A stretch of 16,896 nt of DNA from Candidatus Acetothermia bacterium (GCA_046543235.1 JBKGZT010000029.1:1-16896); one strand, 5' to 3'. Shown: positions 1-9,262, counted from the first letter of the stretch. Made by a program: numbers and translations. Notes: generated from the letters alone by a model not told the origin.

Positions 1-2
1 TC

Positions 3-1124
3 TCCTACCGAGCCGTCTTTCTGCTGGAGGATATAAAGGAAAGCAGCCCGGCCATTTTGAGAGGGGTTTCTTTCCAACAGCTGCCGGGGGAGGTCCTTCA
101 AGATATCAAGGATGGGATTTCACAAAAAGCGTGGGCAGAGCTTCAAAAGGCGATGAACCCCGAGAATGATTTCGGTTTTGATGATTTATCAGTCCGCACC
201 AGTAGAGAGATACTTGAAGCGATCCCGAGGGAAACCCTGGAGAAAGAGCTGGGGGTAGAGGGTAACTACGGCGCGGGATTGCAGCTGGCGGTTTCCGGGA
301 TGAAGGTAAGCGGCGTTTCCTTGGAATTGAAGACCAGGTTGGGAATGGTTCCAAACCCCGGTGAGATGGTCGGGGACGATCCGGGCAGCGGCTACGATGT
401 ATTTAACTCCGGCGGCAGATACGACGGTTACACGGGAAGTGACGTGGAAATAAACGAAATAGATTTCGGGGGAATAAGCCTGGATACTACCAGCAGTTTT
501 TCTGCCGAAGACGGGTACGAGGAAACCGAGGTCGAATTCTCGCTCGAGGAGGAATCTCTGGACTTCGAGCTCGATGGTACGATGACTTACAGTCCAGATG
601 AAAAGACCCTTTCGCTGGAGCCGTCACTGGACCTCGAGTGGGCCTGCTTCGACGTTTATACGGAGATTAAGCCGGGGGAATTGACGGAAGAGAAGAACGA
701 GATAACCGGATTGAACTTAAAAGGTTACGGGATGGACGAGCTTCAAATCGGTGACGTGAAGGTCAGCTTCCTGGAGACGATCGGGGATACCAAGCTGCAG
801 CGCCAGAGCGGCGAGGCGGACTGGCGGCTCCGGGCCTCCGACTACGAGCTATCCTCGGAATCGCAGTTTTCCTACGAAGCCCGTTCGTTCGTCTACAATG
901 AGACGGATTACGACGGAGTTCTGTCACTGGAAGGAGGGGGAGGTAACCTGGAAGTGGCCGTCGATACCTACTGGGAGAACGAAGAAACCGGGTTCTTCGG
1001 GATTAGCGAAGTAACCGGGGAGGGGAGCTACAGGATTAGCGAGTCCTTCGAGCTGACCAATGGCCTGGTGCTTGGTTCGGACGGACTGGAAGGGCTAATC
1101 GTAAACACGGTCTACAGCTGGTAA
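3..1124 (+). CDS. 5'-truncated acidic hypothetical protein, putative outer-membrane beta-barrel
   Basis: The frame is open from the window edge (SYRAVFLLEDIKESSPAIL precedes the listed TTG at 57). The protein is very D/E/G-rich with alternating-polarity beta-strand-like segments. The C-terminus GLIVNTVYSW ends Y-x-W, resembling a BAM beta-signal. Function is inferred. Confidence 0.6.
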   Translation, partial: SYRAVFLLEDIKESSPAILRGVSFQQLPGEVLQDIKDGISQKAWAELQKAMNPENDFGFDDLSVRTSREILEAIPRETLEKELGVEGNYGAGLQLAVSGMKVSGVSLELKTRLGMVPNPGEMVGDDPGSGYDVFNSGGRYDGYTGSDVEINEIDFGGISLDTTSSFSAEDGYEETEVEFSLEEESLDFELDGTMTYSPDEKTLSLEPSLDLEWACFDVYTEIKPGELTEEKNEITGLNLKGYGMDELQIGDVKVSFLETIGDTKLQRQSGEADWRLRASDYELSSESQFSYEARSFVYNETDYDGVLSLEGGGGNLEVAVDTYWENEETGFFGISEVTGEGSYRISESFELTNGLVLGSDGLEGLIVNTVYSW

Positions 1125-1330
1125 AGGCCGGAATCCGGAAGTTGGCATGGATACGACCGTGTAAACACGTATTGTAGCTTTGGAAACCGTTCGCTAAAAC
1201 CAGGGAGGAGGTTGTCAACTTTTACAGTGGTCGTTGAAATCAGTCCGTAACTCGGGGAAAATAGTTTAAATACCGGTTTTCGTGGCTTTATCCCGCCGAA
1301 TCAACCCAAAAAACTCACGGGGAGTTCTTC

Positions 1331-2236
1331 TTGCAGTCCTGGAATGATTTCAAATCGAAGCTTATCTTGTTTTTTAAAGGTATGGTAATGGGTTTCGCTT
1401 CGATCATCCCCAGCGTCTCCGGGGGCACCATGGCCCTGATAACCGGCATTTACGAGGAGCTGATCGAGGCTATTGAGTCGTTCGAACCGGCTATTTTGAT
1501 CGACCTCCTCGCCGGAAGGTTCAATCGATTTATAAAAGGAGTCAAAAGGATCGAATACGGTTTCCTGGTCCCGGTCGCGGCAGGGATCGGGGTTTCCCTG
1601 CTAGTCGGCTCTCAGTTCATCAGGTACCTGTTGGATAACTATCCTCCTTACGTTTACTCGTTTTTCTTCGGTCTGATACTTGCCTCTGCCGTATTGGTCT
1701 ACTACGAAGTACCCGAGCTAAAAGGGTCGGTGTTTCTTACCACGTCCCTGGGAGCCGGGGCCGCGGTTCTCCTCGTCGGGGTTTCGGCGGGGGAGGTAAG
1801 TCACGCCCTTCCCGTAATCTTTCTCGCCGGCGCGATCGCGATCTGTGCCATGATCCTGCCGGGAATTTCCGGAGCGCTGCTGCTCCTGTTGCTTGGCCAG
1901 TACGAGTACATACTGGACGCGGTAGACAACTTGCCGGCCAGTTTCCTGATTTTGCTCGTCTTCGGCTTCGGGGCCGCGGTTGGGATTGTAGCGTTCTCCC
2001 GAGCCCTCTCATTTGCCCTGGAGCGGTGGCGTTCGGAGACCTACGGGTTCTTGATCGGCCTGATGATCGGGGCCCTGCGCAAACCCTTAGAAGTGCTGGT
2101 GGGGTCGAGCGGTAATACGGCAATTGATTTCAGCTGGACGCTTCGGGCAACTTCTCTCGTCGTCCTGTTCGGCCTCTTCGGTATAGGAGTCGTGATTGGT
2201 CTGGGTTATTTCAGATCGTCCGATGGGCGGAGTTAA
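1331..2236 (+). CDS. DUF368 family membrane protein (undecaprenyl-phosphate recycling translocase family)
   Basis: Two repeated family motifs, KGMVMGFASIIPSVSGGTMALITGIYEELI and AICAMILPGISGALLLLLLGQY, plus multiple TM helices. GGGGAG SD at 1319-1324 precedes a TTG start. Confidence 0.9.
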   Translation: MQSWNDFKSKLILFFKGMVMGFASIIPSVSGGTMALITGIYEELIEAIESFEPAILIDLLAGRFNRFIKGVKRIEYGFLVPVAAGIGVSLLVGSQFIRYLLDNYPPYVYSFFFGLILASAVLVYYEVPELKGSVFLTTSLGAGAAVLLVGVSAGEVSHALPVIFLAGAIAICAMILPGISGALLLLLLGQYEYILDAVDNLPASFLILLVFGFGAAVGIVAFSRALSFALERWRSETYGFLIGLMIGALRKPLEVLVGSSGNTAIDFSWTLRATSLVVLFGLFGIGVVIGLGYFRSSDGRS

Positions 2237-2342
2237 ATCCTCGACCCTCAGTTAAGTACTTATTTTCTCTTTCTCCTCTTTGACTTTGAGAAAACTTTTC
2301 AGAGTAGCGTTGACAAGAGATTTCTCCTAAAATGATCATGTT

Positions 2343-3083
2343 ATGAATCGACAGTTAGACGAAATCGACAAACGGATAATTTACCGACTGACTCAAAACG
2401 CCAGGGACACCTCGGCCCCGGAGATAGCCGAAGAAGAAGGTGTCTCTCCGGCGACCATCCGCAATCGGATCAAAAAGCTCGAAGAGGACGGTATTATCCT
2501 GGGCTATCATGCCGAGGTAGCCTATGAGGAGATCGAGAGTCGCCTGGTAAATCTCTTCAGGTGCTCTTCTGAAGTCAAAAACAGGAACAAACTTGCACGC
2601 GAAGCTCTTCAGGTTTCCGGGGTTATTCACGTGCGAGAGATAATGTCCGGTGGAAAGGACCTGCATGTAAAAGCCGTGGGAAAGGACACGGAGGAGCTAA
2701 ACAGGATTGCAAACGACCTCGTTGATCTTGGGCTGGAAATTCGGGGTGAAGACCTGGTGAAACGGGAATACTTCCATCCGTATCACGATTTCGGCCCGGA
2801 AGAGGACGAAGCCAGGTCGTTGCTGGACTTCCGCTCGATTCCGGGGCCGGCCGAGATCGCGACTGTACGGGTAAAAGAGGAATCGCAGGTATCGGGAAAG
2901 AACGTCGAGACCATCAGTAAAAGTGGACTGATTGGGGATGGAGTTTTGCTCATTTCAGTTGAGAGAGGTGACAAAACGATCGTTCCCAGGGGGAAAACTA
3001 CGATAAAAACCGGAGACATAGTTTCCATTTTTTCCGCAACGGGAATAGGGGACGCGACGCTGGATGCCTTTAAAGGGCCTTAG
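2343..3083 (+). CDS. Lrp/AsnC family transcriptional regulator with C-terminal TrkA-C (RCK_C) domain
   Basis: N-terminal HTH LDEIDKRII..L..NAR.TSAPEIAEEEGVSPATIRNRIKKLEEDGII.GY, a central RAM-like region, and a C-terminal RCK_C motif (VKEESQVSGKNV...LLISVERGDKTIVPRGKTTIKTGDIVSIF). Confidence 0.9.
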   Translation: MNRQLDEIDKRIIYRLTQNARDTSAPEIAEEEGVSPATIRNRIKKLEEDGIILGYHAEVAYEEIESRLVNLFRCSSEVKNRNKLAREALQVSGVIHVREIMSGGKDLHVKAVGKDTEELNRIANDLVDLGLEIRGEDLVKREYFHPYHDFGPEEDEARSLLDFRSIPGPAEIATVRVKEESQVSGKNVETISKSGLIGDGVLLISVERGDKTIVPRGKTTIKTGDIVSIFSATGIGDATLDAFKGP

Positions 3084-3516
3084 TCTTTCATCGAGCTATG
3101 TTTTCCCCGGTAATATCTCGAACCGGACCACTTCCTTTGTTCAAGAGCTATTCGATTGCATCATTGCCTTAATTGTATTGTGCTTCCCTCATATATTTCC
3201 CTTTTTTTTGTTGATTCCGTAAAATTTAGGCGTATAAGCCTTGAATCAAAAAAATAATTCAATATACTAATTTTTACGTTAGAAGATTGCTTTGATTCAG
3301 AATCAGGCCGGACAAACCAAAAACCCGAGATTGGGTAAGGTGTTTTTAACCCTAACGCATTTATTAACTGGTAAACCGGGAAATTTTTAATTAGAAGTTC
3401 CGAGGTACGAACATCCTTGCAGTGGTGGGCTAAACTTGCCGTTGATTGTTCGGTTCAAGACGGATCTTACTATTGGCTATAAAAATATAACACAAATTGG
3501 CTTAGAAGCTTTATTT

Positions 3517-3546
3517 TTGCAAAGAATGTAATCCGTAGGTTATACT
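3517..3546 (+). promoter_or_regulatory. putative sigma70 promoter of the kdp operon
   Basis: TTGCAA (3517-3522), 18-nt spacer, TATACT (3541-3546), with AT-rich sequence upstream. It lies about 35 nt before the kdpF ATG. Confidence 0.6.
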
Positions 3547-3581
3547 TCAATTCAGCTCTGCTGTTAAGGGAGGGTTCCGTT

Positions 3582-3668
3582 ATGGGTGGACGAATGCTTT
3601 TGTTGGTCGTAGCCGGATTTATCTTTCTTTACCTTGGTTACGTTCTGATCTTTCCGGAGAGGTTTTAA
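3582..3668 (+). CDS. kdpF: K+-transporting ATPase subunit F (28 aa, not in the ORF track)
   Basis: Hand translation gives MGGRMLLLVVAGFIFLYLGYVLIFPERF*, with the KdpF signature YLxYxLxxPERF. SD AAGGGAGG at 3566-3573. The stop is 1 nt before the kdpA ATG. Confidence 0.93.
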   Translation: MGGRMLLLVVAGFIFLYLGYVLIFPERF

Positions 3669-3669
3669 C

Positions 3670-5406
3670 ATGTTCTTTGGAATAGTTCTCCCCTTGGCCC
3701 TGTTTTTCCTGATACTGGCGGGACTAGTTTACGTGCTGGGAGAGTATCTCGGATGGTCCTTCCGGGAAGAGATGGGCATAGAGGAAGGATTTCCTCGGTT
3801 CTTCGATTACCTCGAGCGCTACGTGGAAAAACCGATACTGGAACCGATCGAGAGGTTGATTTACCGAGTCGGCGGGATAGACCCGACGGTAACGATGAAC
3901 TGGAAGTCGTATCTTTTGAGTGCCCTCTGGCTCAACCTGATCCTGTTTGTTTTTATTTACCTGATTTTTCTTTTTCAGGGCGGCCTGCCTTTAAATCCCG
4001 CCGATATAGGAAACCTCGACTGGGACCTTGCTTTCCATAACGCCGCGACCTTTGTCTCCAACACGAACCAGCAACATTACGCCGGTGAAACGGCGCTTTC
4101 TTACTTCTCCCAGCTGGGAGCCGTCCTCCTGGCGATGTTTGCCTCCGCTGCAACCGGTTTGGGGTTGCTGGTAGGTTTTACTAAAGGTCTGACAAACGAA
4201 GAGGACCCCAGGCTCGGAAACTTCTTTGTCGCTTTTGTCAAATCCTTGACCAGGTTCCTGCTTCCGATCAGTTTCCTGTTAGCCCTATTTTTGATCAGTC
4301 AGGGGGTTCCTCAAACCCTGTCCGGCCCGATATCAGTAACCACGCTGGAAGGGGCTACCCAGACCATTGCAAGGGGGCCGGTGGCCACTCACGAGGCTAT
4401 CAAAATGCTTGGAACCAACGGAGGCGGGTTCTTTGCCGCCAACGCGGCCCATCCGTTCGAAAACCCGACCCCGCTATCGAACGTCGTCCTGAATCTATTT
4501 CTGTTTCTGGGAACTATATCCACCTTCTACGCCTTCGGAGTCTGGGTAAAGAAGAGAAAGCACGGATTGGTACTGGTTGGTGCGGTCTCGATTCTCGTGC
4601 TGGTGTTTCTCGCGCTGGCCGTTGGTGGAGAGACAGGAGGAAACCCGGCACTGGATGGACTGGGGATAGATGGAGCTCAGGGTAACATGGAAGGGAAAGA
4701 GGTCCGATTCGGAGCTACTTTGAGTGCTCTCTGGGGGGTATCCACGACTTCAACCACCAATGGCGGGGTTAATGCCATGCACGATAGCTTTACCGCTCTG
4801 GGTGGATTGGCGCTCTTTCTAGGAATGAGTCTTAATTCGCTGTTTGCCGGGGTCGGTACGGGGGTAATGAACTTGCTTACCTACGTCTTTCTGGCTGCTT
4901 TCATGGGAGCGCTGATGATTGGACGGGCTCCCGTTTACCTCGGAAAAAAGCTGGAATCGGACGAGATCAAGTTCGCAGCGATTATCATCCTTCTGCTCCC
5001 GACTCTGGTCCTTTTTCCGACCGGGATCGCCGTGGTAACAAACATGGGGAAAGAGGCAATAACCAATCCCGGTTTTCGTGGTTTTAGCCAGGTCATGTAC
5101 GAGTTCTTTTCAGCGGCAGCCAATAACGGTTCCGGCTTCGAAGGGCTGATGGATGATACCGTATTTTACAACGTGGCCGGAGGTTCCGTGATACTTCTCG
5201 CCAGGTATATTCCACTGGTTTTACAGATGATGATAGCCGGGTCCCTGGCCAGAAAGAAGGTTAGACCCGAGACGGAAGGGACTTTAAAAGTCGAAAACTT
5301 GCCTTTTTTGGTCCTTCTGCTGGTGATTATGGTTGTAATTGGGGGACTCGTGTTCATCCCAGCCCTGTCCCTTGGCCCCCTTGCAGAACTACTTTCACTG
5401 TGGTGA
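3670..5406 (+). CDS. kdpA: K+-transporting ATPase subunit A
   Basis: Pore and filter motifs NTNQQHY, GTNGGGFF..NAAHPFENPT, EGKEVRFG, TTNGGVNAMHDS and ANNGSGF. Confidence 0.98.
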   Translation: MFFGIVLPLALFFLILAGLVYVLGEYLGWSFREEMGIEEGFPRFFDYLERYVEKPILEPIERLIYRVGGIDPTVTMNWKSYLLSALWLNLILFVFIYLIFLFQGGLPLNPADIGNLDWDLAFHNAATFVSNTNQQHYAGETALSYFSQLGAVLLAMFASAATGLGLLVGFTKGLTNEEDPRLGNFFVAFVKSLTRFLLPISFLLALFLISQGVPQTLSGPISVTTLEGATQTIARGPVATHEAIKMLGTNGGGFFAANAAHPFENPTPLSNVVLNLFLFLGTISTFYAFGVWVKKRKHGLVLVGAVSILVLVFLALAVGGETGGNPALDGLGIDGAQGNMEGKEVRFGATLSALWGVSTTSTTNGGVNAMHDSFTALGGLALFLGMSLNSLFAGVGTGVMNLLTYVFLAAFMGALMIGRAPVYLGKKLESDEIKFAAIIILLLPTLVLFPTGIAVVTNMGKEAITNPGFRGFSQVMYEFFSAAANNGSGFEGLMDDTVFYNVAGGSVILLARYIPLVLQMMIAGSLARKKVRPETEGTLKVENLPFLVLLLVIMVVIGGLVFIPALSLGPLAELLSLW

Positions 5407-5412
5407 TAAAGA

Positions 5413-7440
5413 ATGGACAGTGAACAGGTATTAGATGCTCTCGGTGAAGCTATAAAGAAGTTAAACCCGGCGTACCTGGTAAAGAATCCAGTTATATTTG
5501 TCACCGAGATTAGTACCATTATAGTAATTGTCCTTACGATAGTCCCGGGTTTTTTCGGTGGTAGTCAGGGTAGATGGTACTACTCAGCCATTTCTGCGGT
5601 TCTATTATTCACGGTGGTTTTTGCCACTTTTGCCGAGTCGCTAGCTGAGACACAGGGAGAAGCCCACGCTGAAAGCCTGAGAGCGATGAAGGAGGAAGTT
5701 AATGGAAAGAGAGTTAATAAAGACCTCGCTCTCGACGAGATCGAGGAAGACGATCTGGAAGAAGTTGAGGCCGACGAACTGGCAGAAGGGGACCTGGTTT
5801 ACGTTACTGAAGGGGACGTGATCCCCAGGGACGGCACGATCGTTGAAGGGTCCGCTTCAATCGATGAATCAGCAATAACCGGCGAATCCGAGCCGGTCAT
5901 CCGGCAGAGTGGCGGGGACAAAAGCTCTGTTACGGGAGGTACAGAAGTGCTGAGTGACCAGCTCAAGATAGAAATAACTGCCGCGGCTGGAGAGTCGTTC
6001 ATGGATGAAATGATCGGTCTTGTGGAGAGCGCCAGCCGGGAAAAGACGCCGAACGAGATATCCCTCACTCTGTTGCTTGCCAGTTTTACCTTCATCTACA
6101 TGCTCGTTGTGACGACGTTGGCTTTCTTCGGGGATTTCGTCCGGTTGAACGTGGAGGTGGCGGACCAGATAGCGTTATTGATCGGACTTATGCCGACTAC
6201 CGTCGGCGCCCTTCTGTCGGCGATCAGGATCGCGGGCATGACGCGCGTGACCAGGGATAATGTTATAGCGAAGTCCGGCAAAGCTGTCGAGTCGGCCGGC
6301 GACCTCGACGTACTCATTCTCGATAAGACGGGCACCATCACGACGGGAGAAAGAGCGGCTACGGAGTTCATTTCCGTAGGGGGGTCCGATGAAGAGGAGG
6401 TAGTCGAAGCCGCGTTAAAGTCATCTTTTTACGACGAAACTACTGAAGGTCGATCGGTCGTTGCCCTGGCTGAACAAAATGGGAAGGAACTGAATGAGGA
6501 TGAAATATCCGAAGATGGTTTCCTTGAATTCAGCGCTGAAACGGGGATGAGCGGAATAGATCTCAAGGACGGAACGGAGATTAGAAAGGGCTCCGTGGAC
6601 GCGATCAAGGAGTACGCCGACTCTCCCCCGGACGAGCTGGACGATAAAGCCGCGGAAGTGGCTGATTCCGGGGGTACGCCGCTCGGACTGGCCGTGGACG
6701 GAAAAGTGCTTGGCATAATCGAACTGCAGGACGAATTAAAAGCTGGGATAGGGGAAAGGATTGACAGGCTCCAACAGATGGGGATAAAGACGATAATGTG
6801 TACCGGTGACAACGAACGGACTGCCCGCTATATAGCTGAAGAGGCAGGGTTGGACGAGTACTATGCCGAATTCCAGCCTGAAGAGAAGATCGGCCTGGTT
6901 GAAGAGGAGAAGGCAAAAGGTCACATGGTCGGGATGACCGGTGACGGGACCAACGATGCGCCTGCCCTGGCGAAAGCCGACGTCGGTCTGGCGATGAACG
7001 CCGGAACCGCCGCGGCAAAAGAAGCCGGCAACATGGTGGATATGGATTCGGATCCGACGAAGTTGATCGAGGTCGTTGGTATCGGCAAGCAGCTGTTGAT
7101 GACCAGGGGTTCGCTGACCACTTTCAGCATCGCAAACGACGTCTCGCGTTACTTCGCCCTTGTACCGGCGATATTTTCGGCGAGCATTCCGGCGCTCGGC
7201 AAGATGAACCTGATGAACCTGCATTCCCTACAGAGCGTGGTCATTTCCTCGCTGATATACAACAGCCTGATCATCCCGTTTCTAGTTCCGCTGGCGATGC
7301 GGGGTGTCGAATATAGACCGGTTAGCGCATCCCGGCTTCTGGTTCGTAACATGCTTATCTACGGGGGTAGCGGCCTGATCGTCCCGTTCCTTTCGATCAA
7401 GTTGATAGACTGGTTACTGGTTACCCTGGGGGTGTTTTAA
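5413..7440 (+). CDS. kdpB: K+-transporting ATPase subunit B (P-type IA ATPase)
   Basis: Motifs TGES, KTPNE, DKTGT (phosphorylation site), [17 protein letters not shown] and [13 protein letters not shown]. Confidence 0.98.
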   Translation: MDSEQVLDALGEAIKKLNPAYLVKNPVIFVTEISTIIVIVLTIVPGFFGGSQGRWYYSAISAVLLFTVVFATFAESLAETQGEAHAESLRAMKEEVNGKRVNKDLALDEIEEDDLEEVEADELAEGDLVYVTEGDVIPRDGTIVEGSASIDESAITGESEPVIRQSGGDKSSVTGGTEVLSDQLKIEITAAAGESFMDEMIGLVESASREKTPNEISLTLLLASFTFIYMLVVTTLAFFGDFVRLNVEVADQIALLIGLMPTTVGALLSAIRIAGMTRVTRDNVIAKSGKAVESAGDLDVLILDKTGTITTGERAATEFISVGGSDEEEVVEAALKSSFYDETTEGRSVVALAEQNGKELNEDEISEDGFLEFSAETGMSGIDLKDGTEIRKGSVDAIKEYADSPPDELDDKAAEVADSGGTPLGLAVDGKVLGIIELQDELKAGIGERIDRLQQMGIKTIMCTGDNERTARYIAEEAGLDEYYAEFQPEEKIGLVEEEKAKGHMVGMTGDGTNDAPALAKADVGLAMNAGTAAAKEAGNMVDMDSDPTKLIEVVGIGKQLLMTRGSLTTFSIANDVSRYFALVPAIFSASIPALGKMNLMNLHSLQSVVISSLIYNSLIIPFLVPLAMRGVEYRPVSASRLLVRNMLIYGGSGLIVPFLSIKLIDWLLVTLGVF

Positions 7441-7442
7441 TC

Positions 7443-8207
7443 GTGGTTGAGGAAGACGAAGAAGGCAGGCAGGAAGAAAGGCCGGAGGAAAAAGAAGAAA
7501 CCGAAACCAAAGAGGAAAAAGCGAAAGATGAAGAGGAAACGGCTGAAGAGGAGCCCGGAAAAGGGCACGAAGAAGAAAGCGAAGAGGTCAAAGAGGAAGA
7601 GGAAGAAGTTTCCTATCCCGATACTGATCAGCTAAGTACTTCTCGTTTGCTGACCACGGGCTTCCGGGTAGTTCTCATAGCCCTCGTGCTGACCAGCGTG
7701 CTGTACCCACTTGCCACTACGGGGATTGGAAACCTCGTCTGGCAGGATAATGCCCGGGGCGATCTGGTCCGATTTGATGGAGAAGTCGTCGGGTCTAAAT
7801 TGATCGGTCAGACTTTTACCTCGGAAAAGCACTTTCACCCCCGACCGTCCTCCAAGAACTACGACGGGATGGATTCGGGCAGCGCAAACCTATCACCGGA
7901 AAACGAGGAGCTTACCCGGCGAGCGGAGGAGCTGCTGGAAGGTCTGGAAGAAGAGGGAGTAGATCCGGAAGAAGTACCGGTTAGTTTCGTTACCGAATCC
8001 GGATCGGCTCTCGACCCCCACATTACCCCCGAATCCGCTTATCTCCAGGTGCCTCGGATAGCCGAGGCGACGGGAATCGATTCGGATAGATTGAGAGGCT
8101 TGATTGAAGATCTTACCAGTGGGAAATTTCTCGGTTTGTATGGACAGAAAAGAGTAAACGTATTAGAATTAAATTTAGAAATAGGAAGACTTATGGAGTC
8201 AGGATAA
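7443..8207 (+). CDS. kdpC: K+-transporting ATPase subunit C with a Glu-rich N-terminal extension
   Basis: Motifs YPLATTGIG, GSKLIGQ.F, FHPRPS, SGSANL, TESGSALDPHI, A.LQVPRIA and VNVLELNL. GTG start 2 nt after the kdpB stop, with a GGGGTG SD. Confidence 0.96.
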   Translation: MVEEDEEGRQEERPEEKEETETKEEKAKDEEETAEEEPGKGHEEESEEVKEEEEEVSYPDTDQLSTSRLLTTGFRVVLIALVLTSVLYPLATTGIGNLVWQDNARGDLVRFDGEVVGSKLIGQTFTSEKHFHPRPSSKNYDGMDSGSANLSPENEELTRRAEELLEGLEEEGVDPEEVPVSFVTESGSALDPHITPESAYLQVPRIAEATGIDSDRLRGLIEDLTSGKFLGLYGQKRVNVLELNLEIGRLMESG

Positions 8208-8208
8208 C

Positions 8209-9096
8209 ATGAATGACGCCGATAAGAAGCCGGAAGAAAACCAGGACTACGAAGACGTTTTGATAAGCGTTGCCAATCCGGAAACCGCCAAGCAACTCGT
8301 TACCCTGGCTCATATGGTCACCACCGACCAAACGACTCTCCATATCATGCACGTAACCCCCCAGGGTTCCTTTCCGGAGGAGGAACGTGCCTGGCGTGAA
8401 GGGTCCGAGCTGGTTATGGACACGACTCATTTTGCCAGGCGGCTGGACCGTGTGGCTAAACCCCTGACCGTAACCTCTGGTTCGATTCCCGGGGCTATAA
8501 TCAATACCGCCAAAGACCTTGGGGCTGATTTAATACTTATGGGGTGGTTCGGTAGAATCACTCCGGTTGTAGTCAGAAGGAGTTCGGTGGTTAACAAGGT
8601 TCTGAAGAAGGCTTCCTGTGACGTATCCGTTTTGAAATCCAGAAAGGACCTCTCGTCGGTTGAGTCAATTATGATGCCTGTGGGTCCAAATAAGCCACGA
8701 CCTAAGAGGCTCTCTCTAGTGAACAGGTTGGTTTGTCAGAGCGGTGCCGGGGGTGAGCTGGTCCACGTGCTAACCGGCGGCCCGGATGAGAGAACGGAGG
8801 AAGAAGCCACTCAGTATCTGGAGGAGTCCCTCGAACTCGTCGAAAACGAACTGGAAACGAGAATTATCACATCTAATACGGTTCTCGACGGGCTACTGAC
8901 CGCCTCCGAGGATGCCGACTTGATCGTTCTCGGTCCCGGTCGAGAGTGGGTCTTCAACCGCTTTCTTTTCGGGAGGACCGCCGATAACCTGACCAACAGG
9001 GTCGAATCATCGGTCGTCATGTTTAAGGGTAAGGAGCACAAGATGGTTGCCTGGTCCAGGGGACTGCTTAAAGCCATCCAGGACCTCTTTTCCTGA
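8209..9096 (+). CDS. tandem universal stress protein (USP) domain protein, KdpQ-like
   Basis: Two USP folds: VLISVANPET...ADLILMGW...VLKKASCDVSVLK and IMMPVG...ADLIVLG...FG.TADNL. It starts 1 nt after the kdpC stop, so it is probably co-transcribed. Confidence 0.88.
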   Translation: MNDADKKPEENQDYEDVLISVANPETAKQLVTLAHMVTTDQTTLHIMHVTPQGSFPEEERAWREGSELVMDTTHFARRLDRVAKPLTVTSGSIPGAIINTAKDLGADLILMGWFGRITPVVVRRSSVVNKVLKKASCDVSVLKSRKDLSSVESIMMPVGPNKPRPKRLSLVNRLVCQSGAGGELVHVLTGGPDERTEEEATQYLEESLELVENELETRIITSNTVLDGLLTASEDADLIVLGPGREWVFNRFLFGRTADNLTNRVESSVVMFKGKEHKMVAWSRGLLKAIQDLFS

Positions 9097-9262
9097 CCCG
9101 TCTTTCATGGACATCTTCCAAAAACCAAGTTTTTATCCGCCCCGGATTCAAACGAGTACTATCACGGGTTAATAAATTTCGTTTCGAATTTTAGGAGCTC
9201 ACTCACTTGGAGCTCGGTCAAGCGTACCCGGAAACAGGTTATTGATTTTGTCACCCACCCAA

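Noticed and set aside
1100-1170. Short direct and inverted repeats (GTAAACACG twice; ACACGGTC/GACCGTGT)
   Set aside because: Matches of 8-9 nt are compatible with chance, and there is no U-tract or array structure.
3084-3581. c-di-AMP (ydaO) riboswitch upstream of kdp
   Set aside because: No ydaO-like conserved GC-rich blocks are visible. The region is AT-rich and the best promoter leaves only about 30 nt of UTR.
7447-7635. Lys/Arg-rich 62-aa ORF resembling a histone-like protein
   Set aside because: It is an alternative-frame reading of the GAA-rich kdpC extension and has no independent SD.
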